DNA of 60,827 bases from Octopus bimaculoides. Its lineage: Eukaryota. A program made the translations under genes and the position numbers. The stretch is taken from positions 87,402,539 to 87,463,365 of the forward strand of contig NC_068986.1 of NCBI RefSeq assembly GCF_001194135.2. The letters run 5' to 3'. The notes beneath the pieces are model-generated. The model saw only the letters and a list, made by a program, of their open reading frames with translations, was not told the origin of the DNA and did no database searches. Positions 40,340 to 54,213 of the stretch are shown here, piece after piece; positions within the stretch are counted from its first letter, which is position 1; every line of letters starts with the position of its first letter.

Positions 40340-40538
40340 TAGAAGGTCAGTTATTTCGAGGGAGCGAGTTAATGGATTACATCGGGCACAGTGCTCAAAT
40401 AGTAATTATTCTATCGACCCCGAAAGGATGAAAGGCGAAGTCGATCTCGGTGGAATTTTAACTCAGAATGTGAAGCCGGACGAAATAAGGCTAAGCTATT
40501 TGCCCTGCGTACTAACGATGTTGCAAGCTGGCCGACTT
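40340..40538 (-). mobile_element. SINE family A, full-length diverged copy
   Basis: tcgaccccgaaaggatgaaaggcgaagtcgatctcggtggaattttaactcagaatg...gctaagctatttgccctgcgtactaacgatg. Confidence 0.85.
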
Positions 40539-41559
40539 AAAGTGAATGAACTAATCTTTCTTCGCTTTACCATACAATGGTTAAATAGTAAAACCGTTGC
40601 TTTGGTGGACACATAGAGAGCGGAAAGCAAAATATAAAAGGTAAGATAGACAGAAGGTAAAGAAGTCAAAGTATACAAAACAAGAGTGAAAATAAATAAT
40701 AAATAATAAAACAGACAGTGAAAGGAACAGATTTACTAAATTTGAACCAATTTATAAACGCTTCTGTACACAATATACATTATTGTAAATACTAGTAGAA
40801 TATGTTGGCGCATGATTTCTGCGTCCTGTCATAAATGGAACAGTCTCAAACACTTTCTGATGAGATGTTTCCACCTAACTTTAACTCAACTAACATTTGC
40901 TATTTATCATTAAGATTAATTTCGTTTTTCTATTGCTCTTTACTTATTATCTTTCATTCTACAGTAGTTATTTATAAAATATATAGCAATTATACATACG
41001 CACACACACGCATATATATATATATATACATACATGGGAAACTCATTCAATAATCTCCATTTACACTTCATATAAAGAATAAACTTTCGCTTGTTCAGTT
41101 TTGCGTATGAGTGTATGTATGACTTTATACTTATAATTGTACTACTTATGTACATGTGTATCTACACACGCGTGTGTCCATGTGTGTGCGTGTTTGCGTG
41201 TGTGTGTATGTGTGGTGTGTGTGGTCGCACGTGCGTATGTGCTTGGGAAGTAACTGAGTATGTACACACACACACACACAGAAAAGTCTTGCAACAGCTG
41301 TCTGCTAAATTTGCAGAGATACACGCTCACATCTTTCCCCATCTCTCACATTGTATGTAGGTGTATGTGGGCATATATATATATAATATATGCACACATA
41401 CACATGCATGTGTCCACCCATCTCACATACTAAATTAGGCGTATATAAGAAACATTGTGATGACTATATGGGTAGATTTTCGCCAAATAGGATAATAGCA
41501 GTATTGTAGGCATCTTTCAATAGCCAGACTGGGTAGGAATACCCTTTCAAAATGCAAAA

Positions 41560-41604
<45 letters not shown>

Positions 41605-41689
41605 GTGGCGGGAATGTTGGTTCATACGTTTTACTCTTCTAATAATGTTATCTCGTAAGCTCCACTTTCACACATTCTCCAGCATCACC

Positions 41690-41995
41690 AGCAGCATGGC
41701 TGCTAACTGCTAGTAGTACAAAAAGAAGAACAACAACAACAACTAAGAAAAGAACAACAACAGCAACAGCAGCAGCAGCAGCAACAGCAACAACAACAAC
41801 AACAACAACAACAACGACAACAAAGACTACGACTGCTGCAATTAAAGAACTAGACAATATTGCAGAAACTGACGGCAAAACCAACGAACGTTTTTCGTTA
41901 TCGTTAACCAAGCATTGGAACAAAAGCCGTAACAACGGTGACATTAACAATAACAACAGCAAGAATAATACTAACAACAAGAACAGTAACAACGA
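41690..41995. repeat. Degenerate (CAA/CAG)n low-complexity region
   Basis: Visible directly in the sequence; it follows a (TAG)n tract at ~41560-41603. Confidence 0.8.
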
Positions 41996-43528
41996 TAACA
42001 GACGGTCATTTGTGGTGGTGAGGAAAAATACTTACATCGACAAAATGGCCGCTTTGATTTATAGAGGAAAGAGTTATTAGCCCGGAAGCTCAACAGTTAC
42101 TTTTATCCAATTGTTTTATGCAGGCTTATTCTTGTCACAGCTAAGGACATATCTCTTACGATATATTATCTCATACACATACACAAATACGCACTTACAC
42201 ACACCCATACACACATAGGCATAGAAATCTGCCTGTCATTCACCTCTTCTCTTTCTCTCTCTCTCTCTCTACACACACACATACGCACACATGCTATTTT
42301 ACTATTTATTTATACATCCACTGGTGAAGATAAATAGATAAATACAGTCAACTGTTTGACCTTTGCATGATCAGAGATAACCAACAAATGATGGCCAGAT
42401 TGCTTTGAAAAGGGGACGTAACTTATATGGTTCTTATTTTCTAGACCTCCGTTTTGATCGAAAGTAATGTCAACGGGATTTTCCAACGTTTTCATGATTC
42501 GACCAATAAAGCAATATGTATGTGTATGTGCGAGTGTACTAGTACACATTTTTGTGCTCAAGTGGATGTAATAACGCTTGGAGATGTAATGTTGAACTCA
42601 TAAAGCATAATAGAACTACAGATACACCACAGAAGAACGTATATAAACTACTGCGGGCACAACCTAATCGTTTAAAGATACCTAACGAATTTATTCGCGA
42701 TTTCTCACACACACACATATTCTCAAATGTATAGAGTGATCTTTTGCTTTTGCTGTGTCTATCAATCAACTAAAAGAACAAAGTCTGATATATATATATA
42801 TATATATATANNNNNNNNNNNNNNNNNNNNNNNNNNNNNNNNNNNNNNNNNNNNNNNNNNNNNNNNNNNNNNNNNNNNNNNNNNNNNNNNNNNNNNNNNT
42901 ATAATGAAATGAATGTAAGAGTTATACGTGAGCACTTTTAAGTTTCATGGTTGGATTATGCTAGTGAGCTAGTTTGCTAGTGAGCTAGTTGGATTATGCT
43001 AGTGAGCTAGTTTGCATGGCCGCACCGTGTACGTTTCGGTGATCGTTCAGACTCAAATTACATTACTACAACGTGAGGAAATCCGGGAAAACAACGAAAA
43101 AACAACAAGGAAAACTCAAAGGAAACGTTAAAGGTGATGTGAAATTATGATTTGGTCACTTCAGTCTTTTACAGGGTTGGCTAAAGTCTGTTAAACCGTG
43201 TTTTTAATCCGGGGAAGGTGTGGCTTTTAGTTTGATAACCCTAATGACAGATCCATGTATGTATATACATACACACATATACATATACGCATACAAACTT
43301 ATGGAGTGAATAATCAATTAATTGAGGAAGCAGCAATTATGGAAAGGACTCTAGATATAGAGTTTATTGTATTTGTTAAGATCAACATTTTATGCATTTT
43401 ATATTTTACACATGCATACTTGTTTTGCTACCTCATCAGTAATATTTCTGATGAGCTGTCACGTAGGGAAACGAGGCTACGATCAGTAAATATAGGGTAT
43501 AATTTGTCTGACTGTCTGCACGCTTCCC

Positions 43529-43563
<35 letters not shown>

Positions 43564-43786
43564 TCCAGTACATATACACATAAATATACATACATACACT
43601 CTCTAGCACTCGCATACACACATCGATTTTCTCTAATGTGAACAATTGCAGCAAAATACCCACACATTACCCAGTTATAAATATTCAAATATCACTTTAA
43701 AGTCTAGGAGCAACAAAAACAGTGCCGACACATGAAAATTTTAACAACAATGATTATGATGATCATCCTGTTCTTACTACTACTAC

Positions 43787-43944
<158 letters not shown>

Positions 43945-44012
43945 TCTATCATAAGCACAGGGTCAGAAATTCTGGAGGAAGAGAATAGTTGATTACATCG
44001 ACCCCAGTGCTC
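43945..44012 (-). mobile_element. SINE family A 3' fragment next to a long (AAT)n tract
   Basis: gattacatcgaccccagtgctc is a family A motif and stops abruptly at about 44012. Confidence 0.65.
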
Positions 44013-44447
44013 TACTAGCAGGGCAAGGCTTGGCAGTCGCTTGTCCTTAACTAGTTGAGCATGTCTCTTTGTAGCTGACAGTATATGCATCTCTGATCAG
44101 GTGAAGTAGTTGGGGAGCATCATAGACATGTATTGAGAGGAATTCTTAAGGTCTTGAATAATTTGCCTCTGGAAACATGCTTGTTTCGTTCAATATCCGT
44201 AAATAAACCTTATTCAGGGACTTTTTGAGTGGGATGGGCTACTCGACCTGAAGAAAATTCTAACTAGGTCCCATCTGCAACGTCATCTGTTGATTACCTT
44301 TATATGAGAACCCCATGTCACGCATTTGCGGTTGCGATGCATGGTGTACCCATATCAGACGGGTAGTCATGATGTGCATATTGGGGTTCGTATACTTGTA
44401 TCCCAGTGTCACTGTGTTGGCATGCACTGCTCCCTCTCAATAATAAT
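44013..44447 (+). mobile_element. Interspersed repeat resembling a non-LTR retroelement 3' region ending in (AAT)n
   Basis: It is a complex block of higher GC than its surroundings, ends ...catgcactgctccctctc(aat)3 and has no convincing ORF. The family assignment comes from memory of octopus repeats only. Confidence 0.45.
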
Positions 44448-44935
44448 GAATTGCGAGAAGGTCTACAGTAAATGTTTATTGAAACGCATGACTTACAGAC
44501 AACTGCTATCGAAGCACTAAAATATCTTCAGACAATATAGGTTAGACATGAAATACATTGGAAACAACAGAGATGGCCACTGAAGGGAAGTCTGTGAACA
44601 TGACCTGGGACAACATAACGACATCAGCAATATTAACAACAACAAGTTAAGTGTAATCTTTTCATAACGACAGCTACAACAAACATTGTATACTATACAC
44701 CTACTGATTAAAACTGATTCATCAAACGGTTGGGTTATTTCGTCTCTGTTATTGCTATTAAAACCGGCGTTGGAAGTATTTTTTTGTCGGCTTATTACCG
44801 GTGGAGGAGGTGGTAAAGATAGGACAGCAAGGTATTGCACACGATTATATATGTGTGTTTGTGTGTGTGTGTGTGTATGTATGTATATATATGTATGTTT
44901 GTGAGTGTGTGCGCGCTTGCGTGCATAAACATATA

Positions 44936-44974
<39 letters not shown>

Positions 44975-45439
44975 ACACACACACGGACGTTAAATGATGA
45001 TAATTATGATGATGATATATAATATTCATACGTCTCACGATGGAGGTGTAAAGTGATGTATGGAAAGATAATAATTTATACACAGAGGAACGTGTGTATA
45101 CATGAGAGTTTCTACACTATCCCAAAGAACGGGTGAAATGTTCCACTACCTACAACAGAAACTTCTTTATTCTGTTCATTGTGAGACATTTCTAGTAAGA
45201 CATGTAGTGACATCTGTCGTAGGACTTACTTTTGGCAGATACTCTCCCCACTTTGGAGGTGACACAGTTTATCGCCACTACCTTAAGAATTAGTTCAATA
45301 TCGAAGGCAGTACAATGCCAGGAGCATGAAGGATGGAAGTGTTACTAGCAGGCGGCCGACAGGTGTATCAGATTGGGTGTAAATCGTCTGGTGCATATGG
45401 GTATATGCGTGTATGTCTATGCGCAGGTGCTCACACACA

Positions 45440-45476
<37 letters not shown>

Positions 45477-45512
45477 TCTCTCTCTCTCACTCAAACACTG
45501 AGACATATATAA

Positions 45513-45555
<43 letters not shown>

Positions 45556-45565
45556 AATATATATA

Positions 45566-45602
<37 letters not shown>

Positions 45603-45636
45603 CATTTTATATTGATTCATTTTTTCCATTGAGGTA

Positions 45637-45676
<40 letters not shown>

Positions 45677-46129
45677 CACACCTCAATGGAAGAACTGAAT
45701 CAATATAACATGTAGATTTTTCGGTGAGGCTTTCATCTAAGCATGTCGGCTAATGAAACGCACGTATACGTAAGTACACCCACGCAAAACACAGATAACA
45801 CACACACACGCGCACATGCATGTGCGTGTGTTTGCCTGTGTGCGCACACACAAACGTTCATATCTGCGCACACGTATATGACGTGATAACAAGAGCTGTG
45901 GATGCTCCAGTTTATTTCAGTTCTCTCCCTCCTTCACCTCACATCTCACCTACCTCAAGCCCCACCACCGCCTCATGCAAATTCAGTAAGGTTTGTTTAT
46001 TGTCATCAACCCAATTAATACTCCCCATGCCCCCTACCGCAATCCTGTCAGACATCCTACCCCACTGTCAGTGATGTCATAAGCACTACTGCTGCACTAC
46101 TGCTCTGAGAGAGAGAGGCAAAGAGAGAT

Positions 46130-46168
<39 letters not shown>

Positions 46169-46596
46169 AGAGTGTGTGTGTATGAATGTGCGGTGGCTTA
46201 GATGGTGTTTTAGGGCTTATATATATGAAGCTAGGTATATGTATGTTTAAATATATGTCTGCCTATGTGTGTCTATCACTTTTTCTTCCTCTCTCTCTCT
46301 CTCTCATTCTCTGCATATACATGGTTAATATCCTTTCAAGATACGTACTCGTAAACGTAGAAACAGTAAAATATATCTAGAATCATGCATATACTGAAAT
46401 ACATATATAGACCTAAACACATTAATATATATATATATATACCCTCAAATACACACATCTGTGAACACGCGCCCGTACGTACGTGTATATATATATATAT
46501 GAATGTATGTAAGTAGATGTATGGGCGCGTGTTCACGGACGTGTGAATTTGAGGGTATAAATATATTATTTTGTGTGTTTAGGTCTATATTTTTAT

Positions 46597-46651
<55 letters not shown>

Positions 46652-47374
46652 ACGCATAAAAGCAATACATATAAAGATTGTTTACTATTTATCTACCCGT
46701 TAATATATGATATAAATCGATGTTTGTATGTGAGCACGTGCTCCACTATATTATTATAAAATAATGTGAGTGTACACAATATATATTTTAGGGAACATTA
46801 ATAACTTTCATTGTTGTTTTAATACTTGCTTCTTTAGTGTTAGGGAATGTTCTCGCGTGAAGATCGCAAGGGCATGAAACACGTGTGTACAGCAATAGGT
46901 TTCAAGGTAGACACGGCATTTTGAATCCAAAACAAATTCCTAATCTATATTGTATAACATTATACCATAAATACTGTGCCGGTTGACATCTCCACTGTCA
47001 GATCAGTATAAATATATCGTAGCTACTTAATTTTAAATTTAATAATTTAGGAGGTCACCGGTTCTGATGTCACTTTGGCGTAGTGGTTACGATAATTATA
47101 CGATTTAAAACAGATTACGTGCTCGAAAGATTTAGGCGTTTTTACAACTACTTCCTCTCTCTGTCTCTGTCTCTGTGTGTGTCTCTCTCTCTCTCTCGCT
47201 GTATATATTCTTTTACTTGCTTCAGGCGTTTTGACTGTGGCCATATATATATATATATATACAATGGACTGCATGAAGGACTGCAGTTTCTGTCAATCAA
47301 ACCTTTATGAGGTATTCCTCAAAATTTATATATATATATATACTTACATACATAAGATATGATAAAAAAAACAA

Positions 47375-47445
<71 letters not shown>

Positions 47446-47904
47446 TGTATATATACATACACACATACATACATACATACTAATGCACAGGGAAAATAAC
47501 ATAATGATCACCAGTTTTGCAGTTTCTTTGTTTCGTTTATTGCTTGTAATACTTATTTCGTATCTATTGTTCTTACTGTGTGAAGAAATTTTAAGAGGAC
47601 ATACAAAAAGTCTTATAATAATATATTCTATAAGAGCGTGTGAAGGGCTCTGTAAACAGTGATGTATGTGAAATACTAGTTAATGTTAATTTATGTGTGA
47701 AATTGGCCATTTTTGATTTATGTATATTGTATGTAACAGAGCGGGTTGAATAGCAGTGTGGTGAAGGTGGATAGAGTTAGTTTACGGAAAGGACGGTGGC
47801 GAGGAGAAGGGTAGGGTGAGGTGGGGAGTGGGGATAAATTTCAACGAATACATATCTAAATATCTGAAAATGCGTAATTGTGGGTTTGTGTGTGTGTGTG
47901 TATG

Positions 47905-47935
<31 letters not shown>

Positions 47936-47967
47936 GCATACATATATTTTCACATACATACATATGC

Positions 47968-48066
<99 letters not shown>

Positions 48067-48386
48067 AATACATATGCATATATATATATATGTGTGTGTG
48101 CTTGTGTGTAATATATGTAAATAGATTCATGCAAATATTCATTAATATATGAGAGCTTCAGTGTACGTGCTTTTCCGTATGTATCTGTGTGTAAATGTTA
48201 ATCTGTGATTTTGGTATATAATGTATATATTAATATCTTGTCATTTGAGATTGGTAGTAAGTGGCATATTTAAGAAAAAGGAAAAAACACACCTGGCAAA
48301 TTTAACGTTACAGAAATACACACTGACGTACATACACACACCTTCTCACAGACACACTCACGTAAACATACACTCACTCAAACCCC

Positions 48387-48441
<55 letters not shown>

Positions 48442-49142
48442 TCATATGTTCTATAAGTGACTTCACGTAGTACAAGCTGTTTCAAAAATACGGTAAGTAT
48501 ATATATATATATATAAAAATTATAAAGAGAGCAATATTTATGGACATTAACTACACCACTATCACCACCACTACTACCATCACCACCGTCATCACCCTTG
48601 CCAACGTTGCGGTTTAACGTCAGCACCCATAGTGGCATGTGTTGGACGAAATGTCATGGATTGTCTCAATTGAGCCAGTCTTTATTTACCATCTCGTTTT
48701 CTTTACATATGGATATATATTAAGGATCAAAGGTCATTTTTCACCAACACAGAGGCTCATAAAGCTAGTCACTCGGATTCCGTGGTGTATACGTGAAATG
48801 AAGCGTTTTCCTCTACAACTTAATGCATCACCCTATCAAGGAATCGGAACCACAGTCTTACGATCATCGGTGCAAGTCTAACCAGTAAACACACACACAT
48901 ATATGTGTGTGTGATCATGTGTATGAGTGTCTGGTATGCGTGTATATATATATATATATATGTGTGTATGCCTGTGTTGTGTGCATGTGTGTGTGTGCGT
49001 GCATGCAAGCGCGTGTGCGCGCATGTGTGTTACAGGGTGTGTGTTTTTGTATCGTTCAATAAATGCTTAACACTGATGAAGAAGGGCAGTGGTTCGGTAA
49101 CTGTTGATGATGGAACGGCATGTATTGCCCAACATGATAATT

Positions 49143-49175
<33 letters not shown>

Positions 49176-50335
49176 GTGATGAAGATGATGACGATGAAGA
49201 TGATGACAATGCAGATGATGACGGCGTCGACGACGAAGACATTGGTTGTGACGGCAATGATTATGCATATATATATGTCTGTGTCCGCATTAAACTCGAA
49301 GCCACATCTTGACTAAAATATCTATGCTGCTAATAAATGTTGCGTAAACATACTGAAAATAATGAAACCCAGCAACTTATTAACTTCATGCTACAAATTG
49401 TATGTCTTTTTCTTTTTCAACCCAAATTTTCGGAGGAAAGCAGGGTAGATTGAAAGAACAGCGTGGATGTCCATATGATGGCCTAAAAAACTCCTTTTGG
49501 GGTGTTTCAGAGGATGGCAACTGCTGTATTAAATGTATTTAGATCGGAATTGTTGTTCAAGGATAAACTAGTGAATGGAGTTTCTCCTTTCGTATTCTCA
49601 ATGCTACACCCGACGGTTTTACAAAACAAGTCATGAGAAACATCAAAAGCAATAGAAAATTTGAAACAATAGCACGTCATCATCACCAACATCATTCTCA
49701 TCATCGTCATCACTATTAATAGTGCTTCATTAGCGTGTGCCTGTTAACAATGCTTTTTTACGTACAGTTAACTTATGAATATTTAAATGTAGCCAATAAT
49801 ATCGTTGTTTAAAGACTTTTCTGAAATTCTCATAACCCAAATGTGTGTCTGTATGTTTGTATGTGTGTACGTGTGTATATATGCATTTATGTATGTGCGT
49901 GTCTTTTTGTGTGTGCTACCAAATACATGCATATATGTATGTTCGCATGTGTATGTATGTGTTATTGTATATATATATATATATATGGTGAGAGGGAGAT
50001 TAACTTTTATTTCTATACATATGCATGTAGGTATTATATAAAATTAAGTTAATTGATACATGAATATACATATGTGTATACGTACATGCATACACACGTG
50101 CGCATGCTCACACAAACACACATACAAATATATATATACACATATACATGCGTTTAAAAAATAGGCACACCTCATTAAAGTGTTTGCGAGTGTACCTATA
50201 GTAATCATATATATATATGTGTGTGTGTGTGTGTGTACGTGTGTATATATGTATATGTATATATGTGTCTGCACACATTTATATATGTATGTATGTATAT
50301 ATATATATGTGTCTGCACACATTTATATATGTATG

Positions 50336-50442
<107 letters not shown>

Positions 50443-51051
50443 ATATATAGATTTACAAATATGTACATATACATATACTTATATATACATGTATATAAGA
50501 GTACCTAGATACATATGCTTACATACATATGTGTGTATATATGCATGTTTTTTTGTGTGTGCACGCATAAAGTCTAGCATCTTACAAACGCAGATGATAT
50601 TCATAAACTACTTAGAAACAGACTATATATCCACACATGCGTACAAAAATAGCACATATTAACTAGTTATAAAGAGGGAGACGGAGACAGAAATAAAGAT
50701 AAAGGGGGAGAAGGAATGATAGAAGGAGGAGAGGGAGAAAATAATAGGTGTTGAAAATATATTTGTGGGCAGCTCAAGTCGGCCATATTAACGTGACGTG
50801 TCATTTATGAATTGTCGATATGGAATTATTGTATTTACTAAAATATGTTTACATCGTCAGGCAGACGGAATGTTCCAGTCATAGCAGAGTTTCAGCTGAG
50901 ATTACATTACTCCTGCCTTATATCCTTTTCCCCTCTCACTCCTTCTTTCAGTGTATTTTTCTTCACTCCTCCTACGCCTCTACCACAGTAACTTACTTAT
51001 ACAGAGAAGAAAATCTTGTGTTTTCTTATACTTAGTCTTGCAGAAGGCACC

Positions 51052-51086
<35 letters not shown>

Positions 51087-51097
51087 ATACACACATA

Positions 51098-51190
<93 letters not shown>

Positions 51191-52289
51191 TTGATGCAGT
51201 TGTTGTTTTTGTGTAACCTTTTGTGAGCTCCAGTCGAGCAGATTTATAATCAAAGCATCCCGACCATGACCATCCCTTCAAATCAGTTTTATGTGAGACT
51301 GACACAATTCAACGTGTATATTATTGCAACCTAAGACGGCTGAGTGATTTGAAGGACATTTGAGTACAATTTCGAACAGATCAAAGTAACATGTAGAGAT
51401 TGGTATAACGATTGTAACATGTCGGTGGTTGACTTGATTTTAGCATTGTTGTTGATGTAGATCCGTCTCAGATCAATTCTAATCCGGAAGAAATATGATG
51501 AAAGGCATGCCAGATTTGACCATCTTGTATGTTATTATCTAATGATGTGTCCTTCTTTTCTTAAGACTGCGCGGTGTGGTAAAAAAAAAAAAAAAGGATG
51601 TGTCTAGTATGTGTAGTTGGTTAAACAATCGTGTATAGGTTCTCCATGACGGACGTTGTGATGGTTATGTTGGTAGTAGTGCTAGTAGTGGCGGAGGAGA
51701 AAGAGGAAATGGTGGCAGTACTGTTGGTACTGTTACCAATGACGATCATGATGATAGTGGTGGTAGTGATGGTGAGAGGTAGTGAGTGGCTGTAGAGTGA
51801 GTGTTGGTAGAGAGAATAAGCAGTTTACGTTGGAGGCAATATGGCCGCCGCTGTGTAGTAGGTGTTGATGACAATGGTGGTGGCGGCGGGAGACAGGCGG
51901 CAGGAGTGGACGGATCCGTGACAAAGACAAAAGTGGGTGAAGGTGGGGTGGGGTGATGGTTGGTTGGTAATAATGGCAGCAACGGCTGATGGTTATATGG
52001 TGGTGGTGGTGGTGGAGATATGGGTGGGGAGAGATGGTCGAAGAAAGGTAAGGGGATGGTAAGAGTAGCGTGAAATACGTAAGTGGGGACTTGGAGAGCA
52101 ATTATGAAATTATAGAGATCAAACGTAGCGCAGCGTGTGTAGGTGAGTGTATTTATGCTTGTGTGTATATGTATGCGTTTGTTTGTGGGTGACTGTGTGA
52201 TCACTGGAGGATGTGTCAAAGTCCATAAATATATGTGTATGTACACACACATGCATACACATGCATGTACGTGTGTCTAGTTTTACATA

Positions 52290-52564
52290 TTCTTTTATTT
52301 GTGTCAGTCATTTGACTACGGTCATGCTGGAGCACAGAAAAACACCAGCATCGGTCGTCAAGCGATAGCGGGAGAAACAAACAAACAAACACACACACAC
52401 AGAGATTAGTGACAAGTGTTTCCGTCTACCAAATCCTTTAACAAGGCTTTGGGTGACCCGAGGCTATTGTAGAATACACTTGCCCAAGTTACCACGCAGT
52501 GGGACTGAACCCGGAACCATGTAGTTGGGAAGCAAATTCTTACTACACAGCCATGCTTGCGCCT
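52290..52564 (-). mobile_element. SINE family B, internally deleted
   Basis: gtcagtcatttgactacggtcatgctggagcac...ttccgtctaccaaatcc...gcagtgggactgaacccggaaccatg. Confidence 0.85.
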
Positions 52565-52857
52565 ATATAGATAAAGATCTTTGTTTTTATGTTTAGTTAT
52601 AATGAAAACAATATGACATTAATCTGATGGGTTACTCTGTACTTTTGCGGAGTACAAATTTATTGTTCTTAAACAAGAAGATCATTCTCTACTAAAGCCC
52701 ACACTCCAACCGAATTACCTCTCCACTGAAACCCATATATCTGAGGAAGATTTTTACCTCATAACAGCGATTACATCGCAGTCAGACGATGGCACAGCTG
52801 GTCGAAACTTCGATGCCACTGTCAATAATATTCGTGTTTAAGAATATATGTGGGGTG

Positions 52858-53129
52858 GGGCGCAATGGCCCAGTGTTTAGGGCAGCGGACTCGCGGTTGG
52901 AGGAACGCGGTCTCGATTCACAGACCGTGAATTGTGAGTGTTTATTGAGCGAAAAACACCTAAAGCTCCACGAGGCTCCGGCAAGGGGTGGTAGCGACCC
53001 CTGTTATACTCTTTTGCCCTAACTTTCTCTCACTCTTACTTCTTTTTTCTTGAGTAACGCAGCGATGGACTGCAGTCCAGTCCAGTCCAGCTGGGGAGAA
53101 CACATACGCCATAGAAACCGTGAAACCGA
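52858..53129 (+). mobile_element. tRNA-headed SINE (head type 2 + CORE-like body Z)
   Basis: The tRNA-like head is gggcgcaatggcccagtgtttagggcagcggactcgcgg...tctcgattcacagaccg, followed by linker aactttctctcactctt and then gcgatggactgcagtccagtccag...gccatagaaaccgtgaaaccg. Confidence 0.8.
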
Positions 53130-53140
53130 TNNNNNNNNNN

Positions 53141-53213
<73 letters not shown>

Positions 53214-53524
53214 ATATATATACACACAACTATATAGTTATCTATGTTAAGAGATAATAATGTAGGCTGTACTTTATTATTGTGGTAAATGTGAATGTGT
53301 AACATACACAGCGATCTGACTGCTGACCCTCACGCACAGACATACACACATACACACGCGCAAATTAATCTCCCAAAATAGCAGTATTGATAGTAATTAT
53401 AGAGTATGAGCATATAGTTTAGTTAGTGGACAGTGCGGCAGTGAGTAAATAAAATAAAGAGAGGGATATGTTGTCTTATGTCTCACCCACGAGTATTAAC
53501 ATTGTAGGACAATTGTACTCCGCG

Positions 53525-53525
<1 letters not shown>

Positions 53526-53568
<43 letters not shown>

Positions 53569-53640
53569 TACTATTATTACTATTACTATTATTACTATTA
53601 TTACTATTACCATTATTACTATTACTACTATTACTATTAC

Positions 53641-53680
<40 letters not shown>
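53526..53680. repeat. Compound (ATT)n/(ACT) microsatellite directly 5' of a SINE
   Basis: Visible directly in the sequence. Confidence 0.95.
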
Positions 53681-53681
<1 letters not shown>

Positions 53682-53898
53682 GGCGAGCTGGCAGAAACGT
53701 TAGCACACTGGGCGAAATGCTTTGCGGTATTTCGTCTGCCGTTACGTTCTGAGTTTAAATTCCGCCGAGGTCGACTTTGCCTTTCATCCTTTCGGGGTCG
53801 ATTAAATAAATACCAGTTACGCACTGGAGTCGATGTAATCGACTTAATCCCTTTGTTTGTCCCCTCTATGTTTACCCTCTTGTGGGCAATAAAGAAAT
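53681..53898 (+). mobile_element. SINE family A, full length, tail variant A2, embedded in (ATT)n/(AAT)n
   Basis: aggcgagctggcagaaacgttagcac...gagtttaaattccgccgaggtcgactttgcctttcatcctttcggggtcg...ttgtgggcaataaagaaat. Confidence 0.92.
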
Positions 53899-53934
53899 AA
53901 TAATAATAATAATTATTATTATTATTATTATGGT

Positions 53935-54190
53935 AGAATTTTTAGTACATCGGGCAAAATGCTTAGCGTCGTTCTTATATTCTGAGTTCAAATTCCACCC
54001 AAGTCGACTTTACTTTTCATCCTTTCAGGATCGATAAAATACGTACCAGCTGAACACTGAGATCGATGTAATCGACTCATCCTCCCCCCCCCCCNNNNNN
54101 NNNNNNNNNNNNNNNNNNNNNNNNNNNNNNNNNNNNNNNNNNNNNNNNNNNNNNNNCCCAAATTGCTGCCCTTGCGGCAAAATTTAAAAC
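53935..54190 (+). mobile_element. SINE family A, second tandem copy (A1-like tail), interrupted by a gap
   Basis: cgggcaaaatgcttagcg...gagttcaaattccacccaagtcgactttacttttcatcc...gatcgatgtaatcgact. Confidence 0.8.
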
Positions 54191-54213
54191 CAGCATCATT
54201 ATCATTATTATTA

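Noticed and set aside
45230-45281. Minus-strand 52-nt exon candidate (VVAINCVTSKVGRVSAK or SGDKLCHLQSGESICQ) with a GTAAGT donor
   Set aside because: The acceptor is weak and no peptide is recognisable; such matches are expected by chance.
48905-49316. Acidic poly-Asp / poly-Met ORFs
   Set aside because: They come from a (GAT)n microsatellite; the flanking residues are (TG)n/(TA)n translations.
49507-49610. Ankyrin-like ENTKGETPF peptide on the minus strand
   Set aside because: It lacks the TPLH helix pattern and any repeat continuation, and the acceptor is poor.
52858-52930. tRNA gene
   Set aside because: The A/B-box-like head has no proper acceptor stem and continues into a SINE body. 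The same applies to the heads at 2242, 15961 and 36172.
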